Assembly: GCF_963506605.1 (NCBI RefSeq)
Contig: NC_083276.1
Coordinates: 111,166,001-111,230,000, forward strand
Source of the DNA: Zootoca vivipara
Lineage: Eukaryota
Direction of reading: 5' to 3'
DNA length: 64,000 nt
A model generated the notes under the pieces. The model was not told where the DNA came from. It did no database searches and saw nothing but the letters and a program-made list of their open reading frames with translations. A program made the position numbers and the translations under genes. This document shows, piece by piece, positions 1 to 11,143 of this stretch (its first letter is position 1; every line of letters starts with the position of its first letter).

Positions 1-475
1 CACGGTTAGTTCTCAATCTCATATAAGAGTTGCTAAGGGGGAGAAGCATCTTTAGTTACCAGGGTGATATAATTACACTTTCTAAGTTTAACTTATAATT
101 CAGATATTCTCTCTTTTTCCAACAGTTTACTACTGTATTTCCAAAAGAGCTAATGAATAGTTTTGTGAGTGAGTGTTCATGGAATTCATGCCATCATTAG
201 GCCTATTTTAAAATCAACGTGGGCTGCTCAGGCGGATTGTGTTAAATATTGTTTGGGGTAGGGGGGGAATAATTTTAATTGCAAAGAAAAGTAAATAATT
301 GGATGGAAGCACAGATCACAGAGTCTGTGGCCTCAGTAACAAATGTATTTCATAGGAGATATACATTCAGTTACCAGTAAAGGTAGATAGGAGACAAACA
401 GTAAATATATGTCCTGGAATAGAAGGTAAACAAAGAGAGGCAGGAAATGAGGGAGGTGTGGTGCAAATGCACTAG

Positions 476-524
476 TTGTTCTTGTTTAATCATTTAGTTG
501 TGTCCGACTCTTCATGACCCCATG
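476..524 (-). mobile_element. Bov-B/RTE-type 3' tail fragment
   Basis: gttgttcttgtttaatcatttagttgtgtccgactcttcatgaccccatg is the reverse complement of the Bov-B-type tail seen on + at ~9797-9840. Confidence 0.7.
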
Positions 525-582
525 AAGATAAATAAATAAATAATACCCCCAAAGCTAAAGTGTCACTCATTGTTCTCTAAGC

Positions 583-960
583 CAGCCTTCCCCAACCTGG
601 TATCCTCCAGATGTTTTGGACTGCTGTGTATTTCATCTCTTATCATTGACCTGGGGCTGGCTGGGGCTGATGGGGAGTTGTAGTCCAAAACATCTAGAGA
701 GCATCATACAGTGGTACCTTGGTTTTCAAATGTAATCCATTCCAGAAAACTGAGTTCTGAAATGTTCAAAAACCTAAAACTCAATAGCCGACAGCTAGGC
801 CTCAGGATCTTGCACTCAGCGGACGCCGTGTGGCATTTTCGACTTCCAAGGTGTGTTTGAAAACCGAAGCATTTACTTCCAGGTTACGTTGTTTGAAATC
901 CATTGTTCAAACAACGGAGACGTTTGAAAACCGAGGTACCACTGTATTTGGGAAAGATGC
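583..960. mobile_element. Older palindromic hAT-type MITE interrupted by a Tc1/mariner MITE
   Basis: Arms ccagatgttttggact / agtccaaaacatct as in the 136-bp family; right end resumes at 947 (tttgggaaagatg) after the nested insertion. Confidence 0.7.
709..944. mobile_element. Tc1/mariner (Tigger-like) MITE
   Basis: TIRs cagtggtaccttggttttcaaa / tttgaaaaccgaggtaccactg; TA duplicated at 707-708 and 945-946. Confidence 0.9.
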
Positions 961-1160
961 TCAGAGCAGGTATGTAAGACATTTCACACTAGAACTAAAT
1001 ACTATATCAAGACTGCATAACTTGTTATCCAGCAAGGCAAATTCTTAGAATGGGCTCAATAAAACTCCTGCTTGTACTGCTTGCTTGGGACTGCAAAAAA
1101 CAGGTGATTGCCAAAGATATGACAAATAAATGATTTCTTGGCTTCATAGTTGGGCTGGGA

Positions 1161-1278
1161 CAGGGCTTTTTTCAGTCGGAACACCTCTCAGATGAGCACC
1201 ATTGTCAATATATAGAGAACAAGGGAGGTGTTCATGGTGAATTCTAGCACCTGTTTTTTTCTAGAAAAATAGCCACTG
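1161..1278. mobile_element. Non-autonomous DNA transposon (hAT-like)
   Basis: Ends cagggctttttt / aaaaatagccactg; homologous inverted copy at 44719-44854. Confidence 0.7.
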
Positions 1279-1881
1279 GTTATGCAGGCCTAATCTAGAT
1301 AACACATTGAACTTTTTCTTCTTCTAAATATTTTCAGGAGGGAGTATTCTTACAGTCGCTGCTGATATCTCAACTTTCACTTTTTTAACCATCCAGTTTC
1401 CTGGGGTGAAGAAACGTACCCTAGCTGCACTTTTCACTGTGCAATTTACATCTAAGTAGCCCTACAGGGTAGTCCTTTAAGGACATTGTCACAAATTGCC
1501 ACTTGTACAACATCCCCAAATTTCAGCAAGTTGCCACTTACCATTTTCCTCCTGGAAACAAAACAAAACACTTAGGCATAAGCTACTGCAGAAAAGCACT
1601 GAATTTTGCCATTGGTGGGTGCTTCATAAAATAATAAAATGGTAGAGTTGGAAGAGACCACAAGGACCAGCTAGCTCAAACCCCTGCAATGCAGGAATAT
1701 TGAAAAATAAGTCAGGGAAAGGTCAAGGAACAGTGTGAGGTGTCAATGGATTGGTGAAAATCACACAATGGTGATTGATGATCAAGGGTGATGGTCTTGT
1801 AGGCTTCTTAAAAGGTTTCTTAAAGAATGAGGGAAACCATTCACATTAGTTTTCAGTTGAAATATAGCCTTTTCTAGACAG

Positions 1882-1882
<1 letters not shown>

Positions 1883-1914
<32 letters not shown>
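1883..1914. repeat. (CA)n microsatellite
   Basis: Directly visible. Confidence 0.95.
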
Positions 1915-1916
<2 letters not shown>

Positions 1917-2151
1917 CATTATTACTTTTGTAAAATATAGCTTTTGTTGTTTCTGATTGTTTGTAATCGAAAATAAAACCATAGCTTAGTAAAGGATTAG
2001 AAACTGTGGCTTTCACTTAATATGCAGGGGACAGTTGTTTACTGCACAGAACAATAATTGTTTTCTGGCTTTGGGTGTTTTAGTTTTGTCAAACACATCT
2101 CACTGGACACCACAGATGCAAAAATATTTCTGGGATCAAAATATTCCCTTA

Positions 2152-2351
2152 NNNNNNNNNNNNNNNNNNNNNNNNNNNNNNNNNNNNNNNNNNNNNNNNN
2201 NNNNNNNNNNNNNNNNNNNNNNNNNNNNNNNNNNNNNNNNNNNNNNNNNNNNNNNNNNNNNNNNNNNNNNNNNNNNNNNNNNNNNNNNNNNNNNNNNNNN
2301 NNNNNNNNNNNNNNNNNNNNNNNNNNNNNNNNNNNNNNNNNNNNNNNNNNN
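2152..2351. other. Assembly gap (200 N)
   Basis: Run of N. Confidence 1.
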
Positions 2352-2492
2352 CGGCACCAGGACCCAAAATGGAGCCTCCCTGGCAGGTAGGAAATCTGGG
2401 GATTTATGGGATTTTTCCAAATCTGGGCTGCCAGGGGAAATGGTTTAAAATATGGGGGTTTCCCGCGAAAAACGGGAGACTTGCCAGCTATG
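2352..2492. mobile_element. End of a CATAGCTG-TIR hAT element truncated by the gap
   Basis: Ends ...cgggagacttgccagctatg, matching the TIR of the 14319 and 41494 elements. Confidence 0.7.
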
Positions 2493-3705
2493 CTCCAAGT
2501 TAATCCCCAAGATTGGTTCTTTTTTTAAAGAAAAAAAACCACATGTGCCACACCCTCTTTGACATTTTGGCCAAAGCCAGTTTGACATGTGGGCTCCAAA
2601 GGGTTGGCTTCCCCAGCCCCACAAAATGATAGTCACCCCTGATTGTAAAGGAATCAGTCACAACAGGAAGGTACACAGAAGATACAACCAGTGCCATTAG
2701 ACAGAGCTGCTGTTTTGGGGGCCGATAGGGAGTCCACCAGTGATTTCATGTATATGTCATAGGTAACCTAAATATCACTAATATTCCTTTTGGGGAATAA
2801 GAGGGTTCCTTATCAGCCCCCTTTAAAATTTGAAAACCTGCTTCAGAAATTAACGCAGCCATTCATTTCTGAGGCTGATGGGCTCTTGGGCATGCACAGC
2901 CTTAACTTGAAATGCTGAATTCTAAAACTAATAAAATGGATGGTTGCATAGGTGGTGCTCTACTGAATGTGGCTGCGACAGAACTGGGACTCTAGTCAGA
3001 CATTTAATTAAAAGTAATGCAATAGTAGACAGGCTGCTAAGACTAATGGGGAGGAAATTGAGAGAAACTGGCATGTGCTTGGACAACCTGATAAATTAAG
3101 AAGGGACAGGTCTGGTTGAGTCTTTCTTGCAACCAGTCCTAGTTGTTCCTGGCAAGGGGGAATAAGTGCCCAAGTGGCTTCCTATTTAGTAGATTGTGGT
3201 GACTATATTTTCACCATGTATATGACCAGCTGCAAGTGTGCATTGCAGAAGCTGTAATTGTGTATGTGTGTGTTAATTTCTCATAAAGGGTTGGGTAGCT
3301 CAGTTTCTTCTCCCCTTGCTTTGTAGTTGATAGCAAGTCAGCTATTAACAAACATCAACAAAAAAGTTTTCAGACTTCAGTGGTGATGAAGTTGTTGAAG
3401 GTGGGGCTAATCTCCACAGGTTACTCCTAAGCTAAATCTAATCACCACCCTGGGTTTCTCAGCACTGTCCCAATGAAGTTCAAAAATAGACAGAAAAAGG
3501 TTCTTTTTTTAAACGACAACACCAGCTACCGTAGTGCTTCCTGCAGGGCTCCTGATTAATCCAACAGCAAAACAAAAAACACAGCTGAAATCCTCTGGAA
3601 ACTGCATGCAACCGGTTAAATGTGGTCAAGATAAAAAGAAAGCATTGTCCAAGTAGGTATGTTATTTTCATACAGCAGGCATTCACCCATGACAATCTTT
3701 TAAGT

Positions 3706-3842
3706 CAGGCATCCGCAAACTTCGGCCCTCCAGCTGTTTTGGACTACAATTCCATTCTTCCCAGACCACTGGTCCTGTTAGCTAGGGATCATGGGAATTG
3801 TAGGCCAAAACATCTGGAGGGGCCGAAGTTTGGGGATGCCTG
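3706..3842. mobile_element. 136-bp palindromic hAT MITE
   Basis: TIR caggcatcc...ggatgcctg; 8-bp TSD ttttaagt on both sides. Confidence 0.93.
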
Positions 3843-6205
3843 TTTTAAGTGATTAACGCTTTCTCCCTGCACTCTCCAATGATAAGAAGAAAACATTGAA
3901 ATATGATGAGCAATACCATTCTTAAAGGAATAGGTATGCCTCCTTAAAGATACTTATTTTTTTTAAAAATATGTAATATATCAGATACAAGTCCAGATTA
4001 CATAGTCCATATTCAGCTGTGTTCTTGCAACAATCTAGGATTAGGGCCAGTTTACATTTGACACTCATGTATGGGGTGTGTGGGATACAAGTCCACCCCA
4101 TGTGATTTTCAGCTACAGATCCTATGTGCACAGGATCTTATTCCTGCAATCATCCCTCCATAAAATAAGGGGGTGGAAAATGCATGCATTGCCAACATGC
4201 AACAGCATTTAGGGGATGTTTTCTAGGTTTGCAGTGAAGGGTGGGGGGAGATGCAGATGCCCAAGATTGTTCCTGCACTCTGCTGCATTTACAATTTACC
4301 ATGACAGGACTGTGCTAGCCAGACCTTTTCCGAAAAGCTTTCAGGTTAAATCATTTAAGAATTGCAAAAATAAAATAGATACATACATACAAACAAAGAA
4401 ACAAACCAATACTGTATTTGCCCTTCTAGTGAAACAAATGCTACATTTTCTCAAAACCATTTTGCATTAAACAAACAAGCAAACATTATACTTTGCATAA
4501 ACTACAAGCATACTAGTGGTGTGTTGTTTATTTCATTTTAAAAACCTACCATAAGATAGGGATTGAGACCCACATGCAATTGATCTTGGCAGCAGAATGA
4601 AGATTTGGCAATGGTGCTGAAATCTTCCAGCCTGGAGGAGGAAAAATACATCTAATACCAATGCATATATTTATCAAGTCAGTTTAGCAGTAAAAGTTAC
4701 CAGATGGCACATAGGTTATGCAGAGTTTTCCACTGAATTAAGGTTGTGGGAGCCCAGGAGAGAGGCTGTTAAACGAGGCATCCTGTACATAAACTATGAA
4801 ATTGAAAGGAGTAAGCAAAAAAGAAAAGAAAAAAACACGCTTGTAGAGGGAATTGTTACAATAGTTACAAGCCAAGTAATGGAACTCAAAGGACCTGATT
4901 TTCAAAACATGATCATTAACACAGTCTTGTTAACATGCTGTTTCCAAGAAGATAGTAAATGGTGTTGAAAAATTACCGGTTCTTGCATTAAACTGCATAC
5001 ACACACAGAATGCCAAAACTGCTGTTTCAAGTTCAGCTGGGCCTGCTAATATTGTTTTGTGTTTCCTACACATAAAACTTCTGCCTAGGACACTTTATTG
5101 ACAGCGTAATGATCAAATGCCGACATCATTTATCTCATTCTCTTAGTTACTGGGTAAACTGCCACATTTCCCTTTGAACACGAAATGAAATAAAGTATCA
5201 AATAATAATGTTCATGGTGATATAGCTCTTGTGAGGCAATGAGCAGACTGGGCAGATGATTAAACAGAGAAGCGGTTGATGTGTGGAAGAATTGAAAGCC
5301 TAAGTGCATTAAAAGTGCTGTGTAAGCCCTACTGGTTTCTCTCTTTTTTTTTAAAACATAATTTTTATTAATTTTACAAATTACAAAAAAGAAGAACGGT
5401 ACATACATAAACACCTTTTCCACCTCCTTCCCACCCCCCTCCATGGATCCTCCCCTGCCACAGAAGTAACCCATGTGGATGAACGGTCAGAGATGGTCCA
5501 TTTTATGCTTGGATTTCTGTCCTCCTCCCCCTCCCCTGTCCCCAAAGCCCCCCCCTGCCACCAGGGAGCTCCAGTAAACCAGGGCAGTACGCAGGAGGTC
5601 ATCCATCCAACCATCTATTATCATACCAGAGAAAAAAACACAAAAAATAAAAAAGAGAAAAAAGTAGCAAAAAAGAAAAAAAGACAAAAAAAATTCATCG
5701 TAACCATTAAATTCATAATTATTAAACCATATTTTGTGGGCTTCCCCACCCTCCCCCCTTTCCCGGTTTTCATCTCTTTTTTTCATCTTCAACAGTTTCA
5801 TAGTTTCATAAACTAAATATTATCATTTTTATCATTTTTATCATCTTCAACAATTCCTTATCATCTTATCTTTATCATCTTCAATTTCTTATTTTATAAA
5901 AATACACCTTTGCACCTTATACAACTTATAAATTGATTATTATCATTTTCATCTAATATCTAAATCACTGAAAAATCAAACTCCCATTTTATTTTCCCAT
6001 GCCTAATTTTTAACCCCTCTATACGCCTCCATATTTTTACATTTTTCCAACATCAATTCACTTTTAAAACTATATCTATTCCCAATTTAACCTTACATCC
6101 CCGATTACCGGCTCCACCCCCCCCCCCAATCCAGCAAATTCCATAATCTGCAGACCAGTTATAAACCTGTTAATCCGTCCTTATAATCACAACTTGACTT
6201 TCCCT

Positions 6206-6652
6206 TCACCCCACCCCCTGTTTACAATCTTTTGCCATCCAGGCCAACAAACGAGGCCCCTGGGTTTCTTCTCTTCTCAGCATATTTCTTCTCTCTTCCC
6301 TGTGGGCATTCTGAAGTTCCAATAATAACAATCGTGCCCCCCTCAAAGGAAAGGCACTCCATCCAAGTTTTTGTAGAGTAAAGTCATCATTTTTTCCATG
6401 GTGGGCTTCCTTTTGTGTTGATTCATCACAATCCTCATCTTCATCTTTTCCTTCTAAATCACAGTCACCATCATTGTCATTCTCACATTCATCTTCTTCA
6501 GTTTCAAAAAGATCATATTCTGCCGTCACCATCTGAAATTGTTGTTGTAACTCTTGCCGCTGTGTTTCCTCTTGACATAGTTCTATTCTTGTTTCCCACA
6601 TTAAGGTCAAAACAGACCGCTGGAACTCAGGCGAAAACCTGTTTGTTGACAT
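6206..6652 (-). CDS. 148-aa ORF of the non-autonomous retro-insertion (short coiled-coil-like segment plus D/E-rich tract); function unknown
   Basis: ATG-to-stop ORF in the sense orientation of the element, between a ~950-nt 5' region and an ~860-nt 3' region. Confidence 0.45.
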   Translation of the reverse strand: MSTNRFSPEFQRSVLTLMWETRIELCQEETQRQELQQQFQMVTAEYDLFETEEDECENDNDGDCDLEGKDEDEDCDESTQKEAHHGKNDDFTLQKLGWSAFPLRGARLLLLELQNAHREERRNMLRREETQGPRLLAWMAKDCKQGVG

Positions 6653-6750
6653 AGTTCAATCCTGCCAAGGCCAGAACTTGTCACATGGGGTGGAATATGA
6701 CGCAGTTTAATTTCTCGACTCCATTTTAACAAGCTGGCTGCATTCTTCAA

Positions 6751-6975
6751 GTCTTATTACAAATAAAGTTCGAACTCACATTTCACAAGCATTTAAACCA
6801 AGAGAAAATTTCCGCAAAGTCCAAAAATACAAATTGAAATAAAAATTCAACTTATAAATCCTCAGTCTTATTAAAAATAAAGTTCGAACTCACATTTCTC
6901 AAGCATTTAAACCAAAAAAAAATTCCACAAAGTCCAGAAATACAAATTGAAATAAAAATTTGACTTATAAATCCT
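6751..6975. repeat. 114-bp tandem duplication in the element 5' region
   Basis: gtcttatta(c/a)aaataaagttcgaactcacattt... starts at 6751 and again at 6865. Confidence 0.9.
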
Positions 6976-7743
6976 GATCAACTCACTGGGTTGTCTGGGC
7001 TGCCGGCTCCCGAGGAAAAGAAAGGTTTTTCTTAGTCTTTACCTCTTGTTGCAGGGCACTCACAACCACAGTCTCTCTCCCCCTTTACCCTGCATTTAGG
7101 GGGGATTCTCTTTGATGCCTTTGAGGGATCCTTTTGAATTGAAATCTTCTATTTACGGCTTCGGATTTCTATTTACTGTCTCTTTTATTGCCGTGGGGGG
7201 GGTGTGGCTTCCTCTTTTCTCCCCTCTCTCCCAGATCCAAATTGTATTATAATCCAAATCGTGAGGTTACTTACAGTCCAATTCTTTAATTTCTTCTTTG
7301 GAAGAATCCAGCACTCCCCGTCTCCGGCTTGGAGCTTCCCTTCGCTAGAGCAACGATGGCGCTCAAAATGGCCCCCGCGACTTCGACCCTTCTCGCCCCG
7401 GTGCACTTACTAGCGCTGCCAGGGGATCTGGGGAGTCCGGATTTGGGGCTCCGCTGAGCAATTCGCCCCGGGACGCTCGACCCGAGGTTCTATGGGGCGC
7501 AGCGTTGCTCCCGCTGCCCTCCCCCCCTCTAGCGAAGGCGGGCTGTCTCGGAGCGAGACAAAACCCCGCTGATCGACGTTGGCGCTGAACCGGAAGCCCC
7601 CTACTGGTTTCTCTCAGGCTGACTCAGAAGTAAGAGGTTTCCTGCTTGCCAAGGAAGTTGTTGACTCTTGGATAAGGCAGGACAATCACACCTACTGGTC
7701 ACATTCACACCATACATTTGAAACACTGCAATAATACTTAGGA

Positions 7744-7900
7744 CAGTCATGGCTTCCCCCAAATAATTCTGGAAGCGATAGTTGGCTAAGGATGCTGAGA
7801 GTGGGGCACCTCTGTGAGGGAACAAGGGATCTCCCTTAACAACACTCAGCAGCCTTAACAAGCTAAGGCTCCCATAATTATTTGAGGGAAGCCATGACTG
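7744..7900. mobile_element. Palindromic MITE-like repeat
   Basis: Arms cagtcatggcttccc / gggaagccatgactg. Confidence 0.75.
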
Positions 7901-7907
7901 CTTAATT

Positions 7908-8245
7908 GGGACGCGGGTGCCGCTGTGGTCTAAACCACTGAGCCTCGGGCTTGTGGATCAGAAGGTCGGCGGTTCGAATCCCCACGATGGGGTGAGCTCC
8001 CGTTGCTCAGTCCCAGCTCCTGCCAATCTAGCAGTTCAAAAGCACAACATCAAAGTGCAAGTAGATAAATAGGTACCGCTCCAAGCGGGAAGGTAAATGG
8101 GATTTCTGTGTGCTGCTCTGGTTTTGCCAGAAGTGGCTGAGTCATGCTGGCCACATGACCTGGAAGCCAATAAAGCAAGATGAGCGCTGCAACCGCAGAG
8201 TCATCCGCGACTGGACCTAATGGTCAGGCAGTCCCTTTACCTTTA
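7908..8245 (+). mobile_element. Sauria SINE
   Basis: Head gggacgcgggt..ctgtgg, B-box ggttcgaatcc, core gtgcaagtagataaataggtacc, tail ccctttaccttt. Confidence 0.92.
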
Positions 8246-8489
8246 ATATATATTGAATAGGAAACAACTTTTTAAAATTTTGGGCAAATATGTTCTCTTT
8301 GAAGTACTGAACACTGGGTTAGATGTAGATTTAATCTTGCTTAGAGTAGACCCACTGCAACCAATAGAATTTATGGTACCGGTAGTTGTGGTAGCATAGA
8401 TAGCTAGATAGCTAGGTAGTATATTGCCTATATTCATGTTTTACCCATTCTACCCACACACACATTGCTGGCTATTGCCTATGGAGGGA

Positions 8490-8880
8490 AACCCTCCCCC
8501 CATATTTGCTCTGCTGTCTCTTCAATTTGGCCTGTGCCCCAGGCCTGAGCCACTCTGTATAAAACAAAGCTCGTTCACTATAATGTGGAATCAAAAAATG
8601 GCTAAACTTCTTTTCCCTTTGGCCAAAGTGGATGAAATTTGTAGCCACAGGAGCCCCTCCAAAGTGGATTAATCTTCCCAAATTGTAGGCAGACATATCC
8701 AGGGCTTTTGCTTTCCTTTTTTAATGCACCTTTAAAGTTTGATTTTAAAAAAACGAAATGAAAACCTTGTATGTTTTTTTTAAAATTTTCTGCCAGATTT
8801 GGGTGCAATTTACAGGCGTAATCACCCTTTTGCTGGGGATACATCCTATTTTCTTAGGGATTGGTGGAAAATTCAGAAAA
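8490..8880. mobile_element. Old dispersed repeat (second copy ~22270-22630)
   Basis: Shared aaagtggatgaaatttg...ccctcca(a/g)agtggattaa block and downstream similarity; boundaries approximate. Confidence 0.6.
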
Positions 8881-9057
8881 AAAGACATATAGCTTCCACC
8901 CTTTTGTGTGTCTGATGGGGCTTTTAAAATGTGACTGTTCCTTTGCCTTGGGTTCTTCCTCCCTATGTGGCTTGTTCTGCCCAAGTGTCACTACAAGCAA
9001 TTGAACTGTCTCCCTTGTTTGTCCGTGTGTGAATATTTTTCTCTCTCTGCTCCTTAA

Positions 9058-9068
9058 AACAACAGCAA

Positions 9069-9107
<39 letters not shown>

Positions 9108-9113
9108 CAACAA
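9058..9113. repeat. (GCA/ACA)n trinucleotide repeat
   Basis: Directly visible. Confidence 0.95.
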
Positions 9114-9688
9114 CCTTCTACTTCCAAATGCTTGAGAGATTCACAATTAGAAAGTATCTCTCTTCTTTTAAAAAGAAAGAAAAAAATGAAAGAAAAAATG
9201 ACTGGCATGTGTATTTCTTTTTTTTTCCCTGTGGAGGAAAAGTTCACTAACAACACTTGTCTTTGTTTTGTTTTTTAAGGTTGTAATCTAACTGTTAGGT
9301 GACCAAAATTCTTCTGGGCTTCCTTCAGCATATGCTATTATACCAGGAGACACACACACACCCCAGGCAAGGTTCGCTCCACAGAACACTACATAATAAA
9401 GAGTATTTAAAACTGTGGCAACAAAGCGAAGAGATTAAATGCATTATCTTCAATGTGACAGCTACATTTTTGTTCTCCAGAGAGTTTTGAAGCATTTACC
9501 CACTGTCAGAAGACAACTTTGGTCTGACACATTGAAAGTTCTTCACAAGAAATAATAGTGTAAAATGATTAAAACTTGTCAGGAGGAACTCAGGATTTTT
9601 GATTTCATTTGTGACCTATTATTAAAATTTACAATAGAGGTAAATTAAATGGTAAATAATGATTTGAAAGCATATATGACTCTTTCAA

Positions 9689-9840
9689 TGGAGAAGGAAC
9701 TGGTAATCCACTCCAGTGTTTTGCCATGAAAACTCCATGGACATAAAAAAGGAGAAGATTGAGAAAGAAGTGAGAGTTTCCAAGACATGCTCTGGTTTAT
9801 GGGGTCACGGAGAGCTGAACACGACTAAGATGACTAAACA
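9689..9840 (+). mobile_element. Bov-B-related (Bov-A-like) 3' fragment
   Basis: tggagaagga..ccactccagt..ccatggac...atggggtcacggagag.tg.acacgactaa; 13-bp TSD atg(a/g)ctctttcaa. Confidence 0.8.
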
Positions 9841-11143
9841 ATGGCTCTTTCAAATATGATTTCAATAGCCTTTTCCCTTGACAGACCAGGCCTAATCTTT
9901 TTCCTCCTTCTCCTTACTATTACTGCAATAACTCTATTTGATACTGACCATTTTTCTTCCTTCCTACAGACGGTTAATATGCAGGCACTGTTATGTAGCT
10001 ACTACTTTTGAAAACTTGATAACATATCACCTCCTCAACCAAAGGTACCTTAATGTGTTGGAAACTGTCTTTAGATTGGGCAATTGTCCAGTTAAAACTG
10101 TGAAGCTGGCATCCACACCACTCCTTTGGGTCCCCTGCCTAGTGCGCATCATACAACCAGAAACCCGTAGAGCAGATCAACAGATCATTTCAGGAGCCTG
10201 GTATATGCATTCATCTCTTTAGACCAAAACGATGCATTTGCACGTTGCTTAGAGAAGAATTGCTGCCTACCGCAGAGAGCTGTAGGGAAAATTGCACATT
10301 TTGGGAAAGAGCATGCAGCTCCTTTAGCAATTCAATTTATGGATTAACCAGGTGTCTGTGCAAAAATCAGAGGCACCCTGTGACCAAACCCTCTCACCGC
10401 TCTAAAGATTGCGGCTGGACAGCTATAAAATGGGACCACGTATAGACAAAGATTTAAGAAAAATCACCATGACAGTCTGTCAGCGCTAGCAATCGGTTTT
10501 CATTATGGGGGCTATCTGTGAAGGCTATTTCATTATGAAGGCTATCGCTACCTCTGCAATGAAAAGGGTGAGAAACTCACACTTGCTTCCTTCCCCCTTT
10601 TCTTTTTTTCCTAATGAAAGCTGAGCTTCATGGAGACCAAACGGTTCAGAATACAAATGGGGGGGGTGTGTTAACCAGAGCCTATGGTATTTATCTAGGA
10701 AAGCCGTGCTTTTAACAGCAGGTTCTTGTTCTGGGGTTGCCATTTTAATCAAGAGCCACTTCAGAAAAGAGTGAGACGAGGGGGTGGAGTGCTGAGGTGA
10801 TAGAATGGACTAAACCAGTTCAGGCTGCTGGTGTGCAATCCTGTATTCCAAATTCTACTCTATTTATTTTTTAAAAACCTATTTGCAATCTGAAAACCAG
10901 CACAGGAAACACAGAACAGAGAAAGAACTTTTCTCCCTCCTGGGTTAGTTTCTTATTTAAAGACTGCTTTGTGTTTAGTTTTGCTTTATAGCAGGCAAAA
11001 TTGGAACCCACCATCTAGATGTAGCAGGGATACAACAGGGCACCAGCAAGGTTGACATTGTGCAGATGCACTGGCAAAAACCAGTCAGATGGTTCTGTGG
11101 GTGTGTCTATGCAAACTTGACCTCATCACTGGCCTGCCAAACC

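Larger units (their letters stand above)
5344..7598 (-). mobile_element. Full-length non-autonomous L1-mobilised retro-insertion (HAL1-like element or retrocopy)
   Basis: 17-bp TSD ccctactggtttctctc at 5327-5343 and 7599-7615; T-run at 5344-5352 is the poly(A); AATAAA at 5369-5364 (-); CpG-rich 5' end beginning (g)ggcttccgg; single ORF; no RT/EN. Confidence 0.85.

Noticed and set aside
2035-2448. ORFs spanning the gap
   Set aside because: Open only because of Ns
8963-9256. Poly-Cys / poly-Ala ORFs
   Set aside because: Translations of a trinucleotide microsatellite with no splice or coding support
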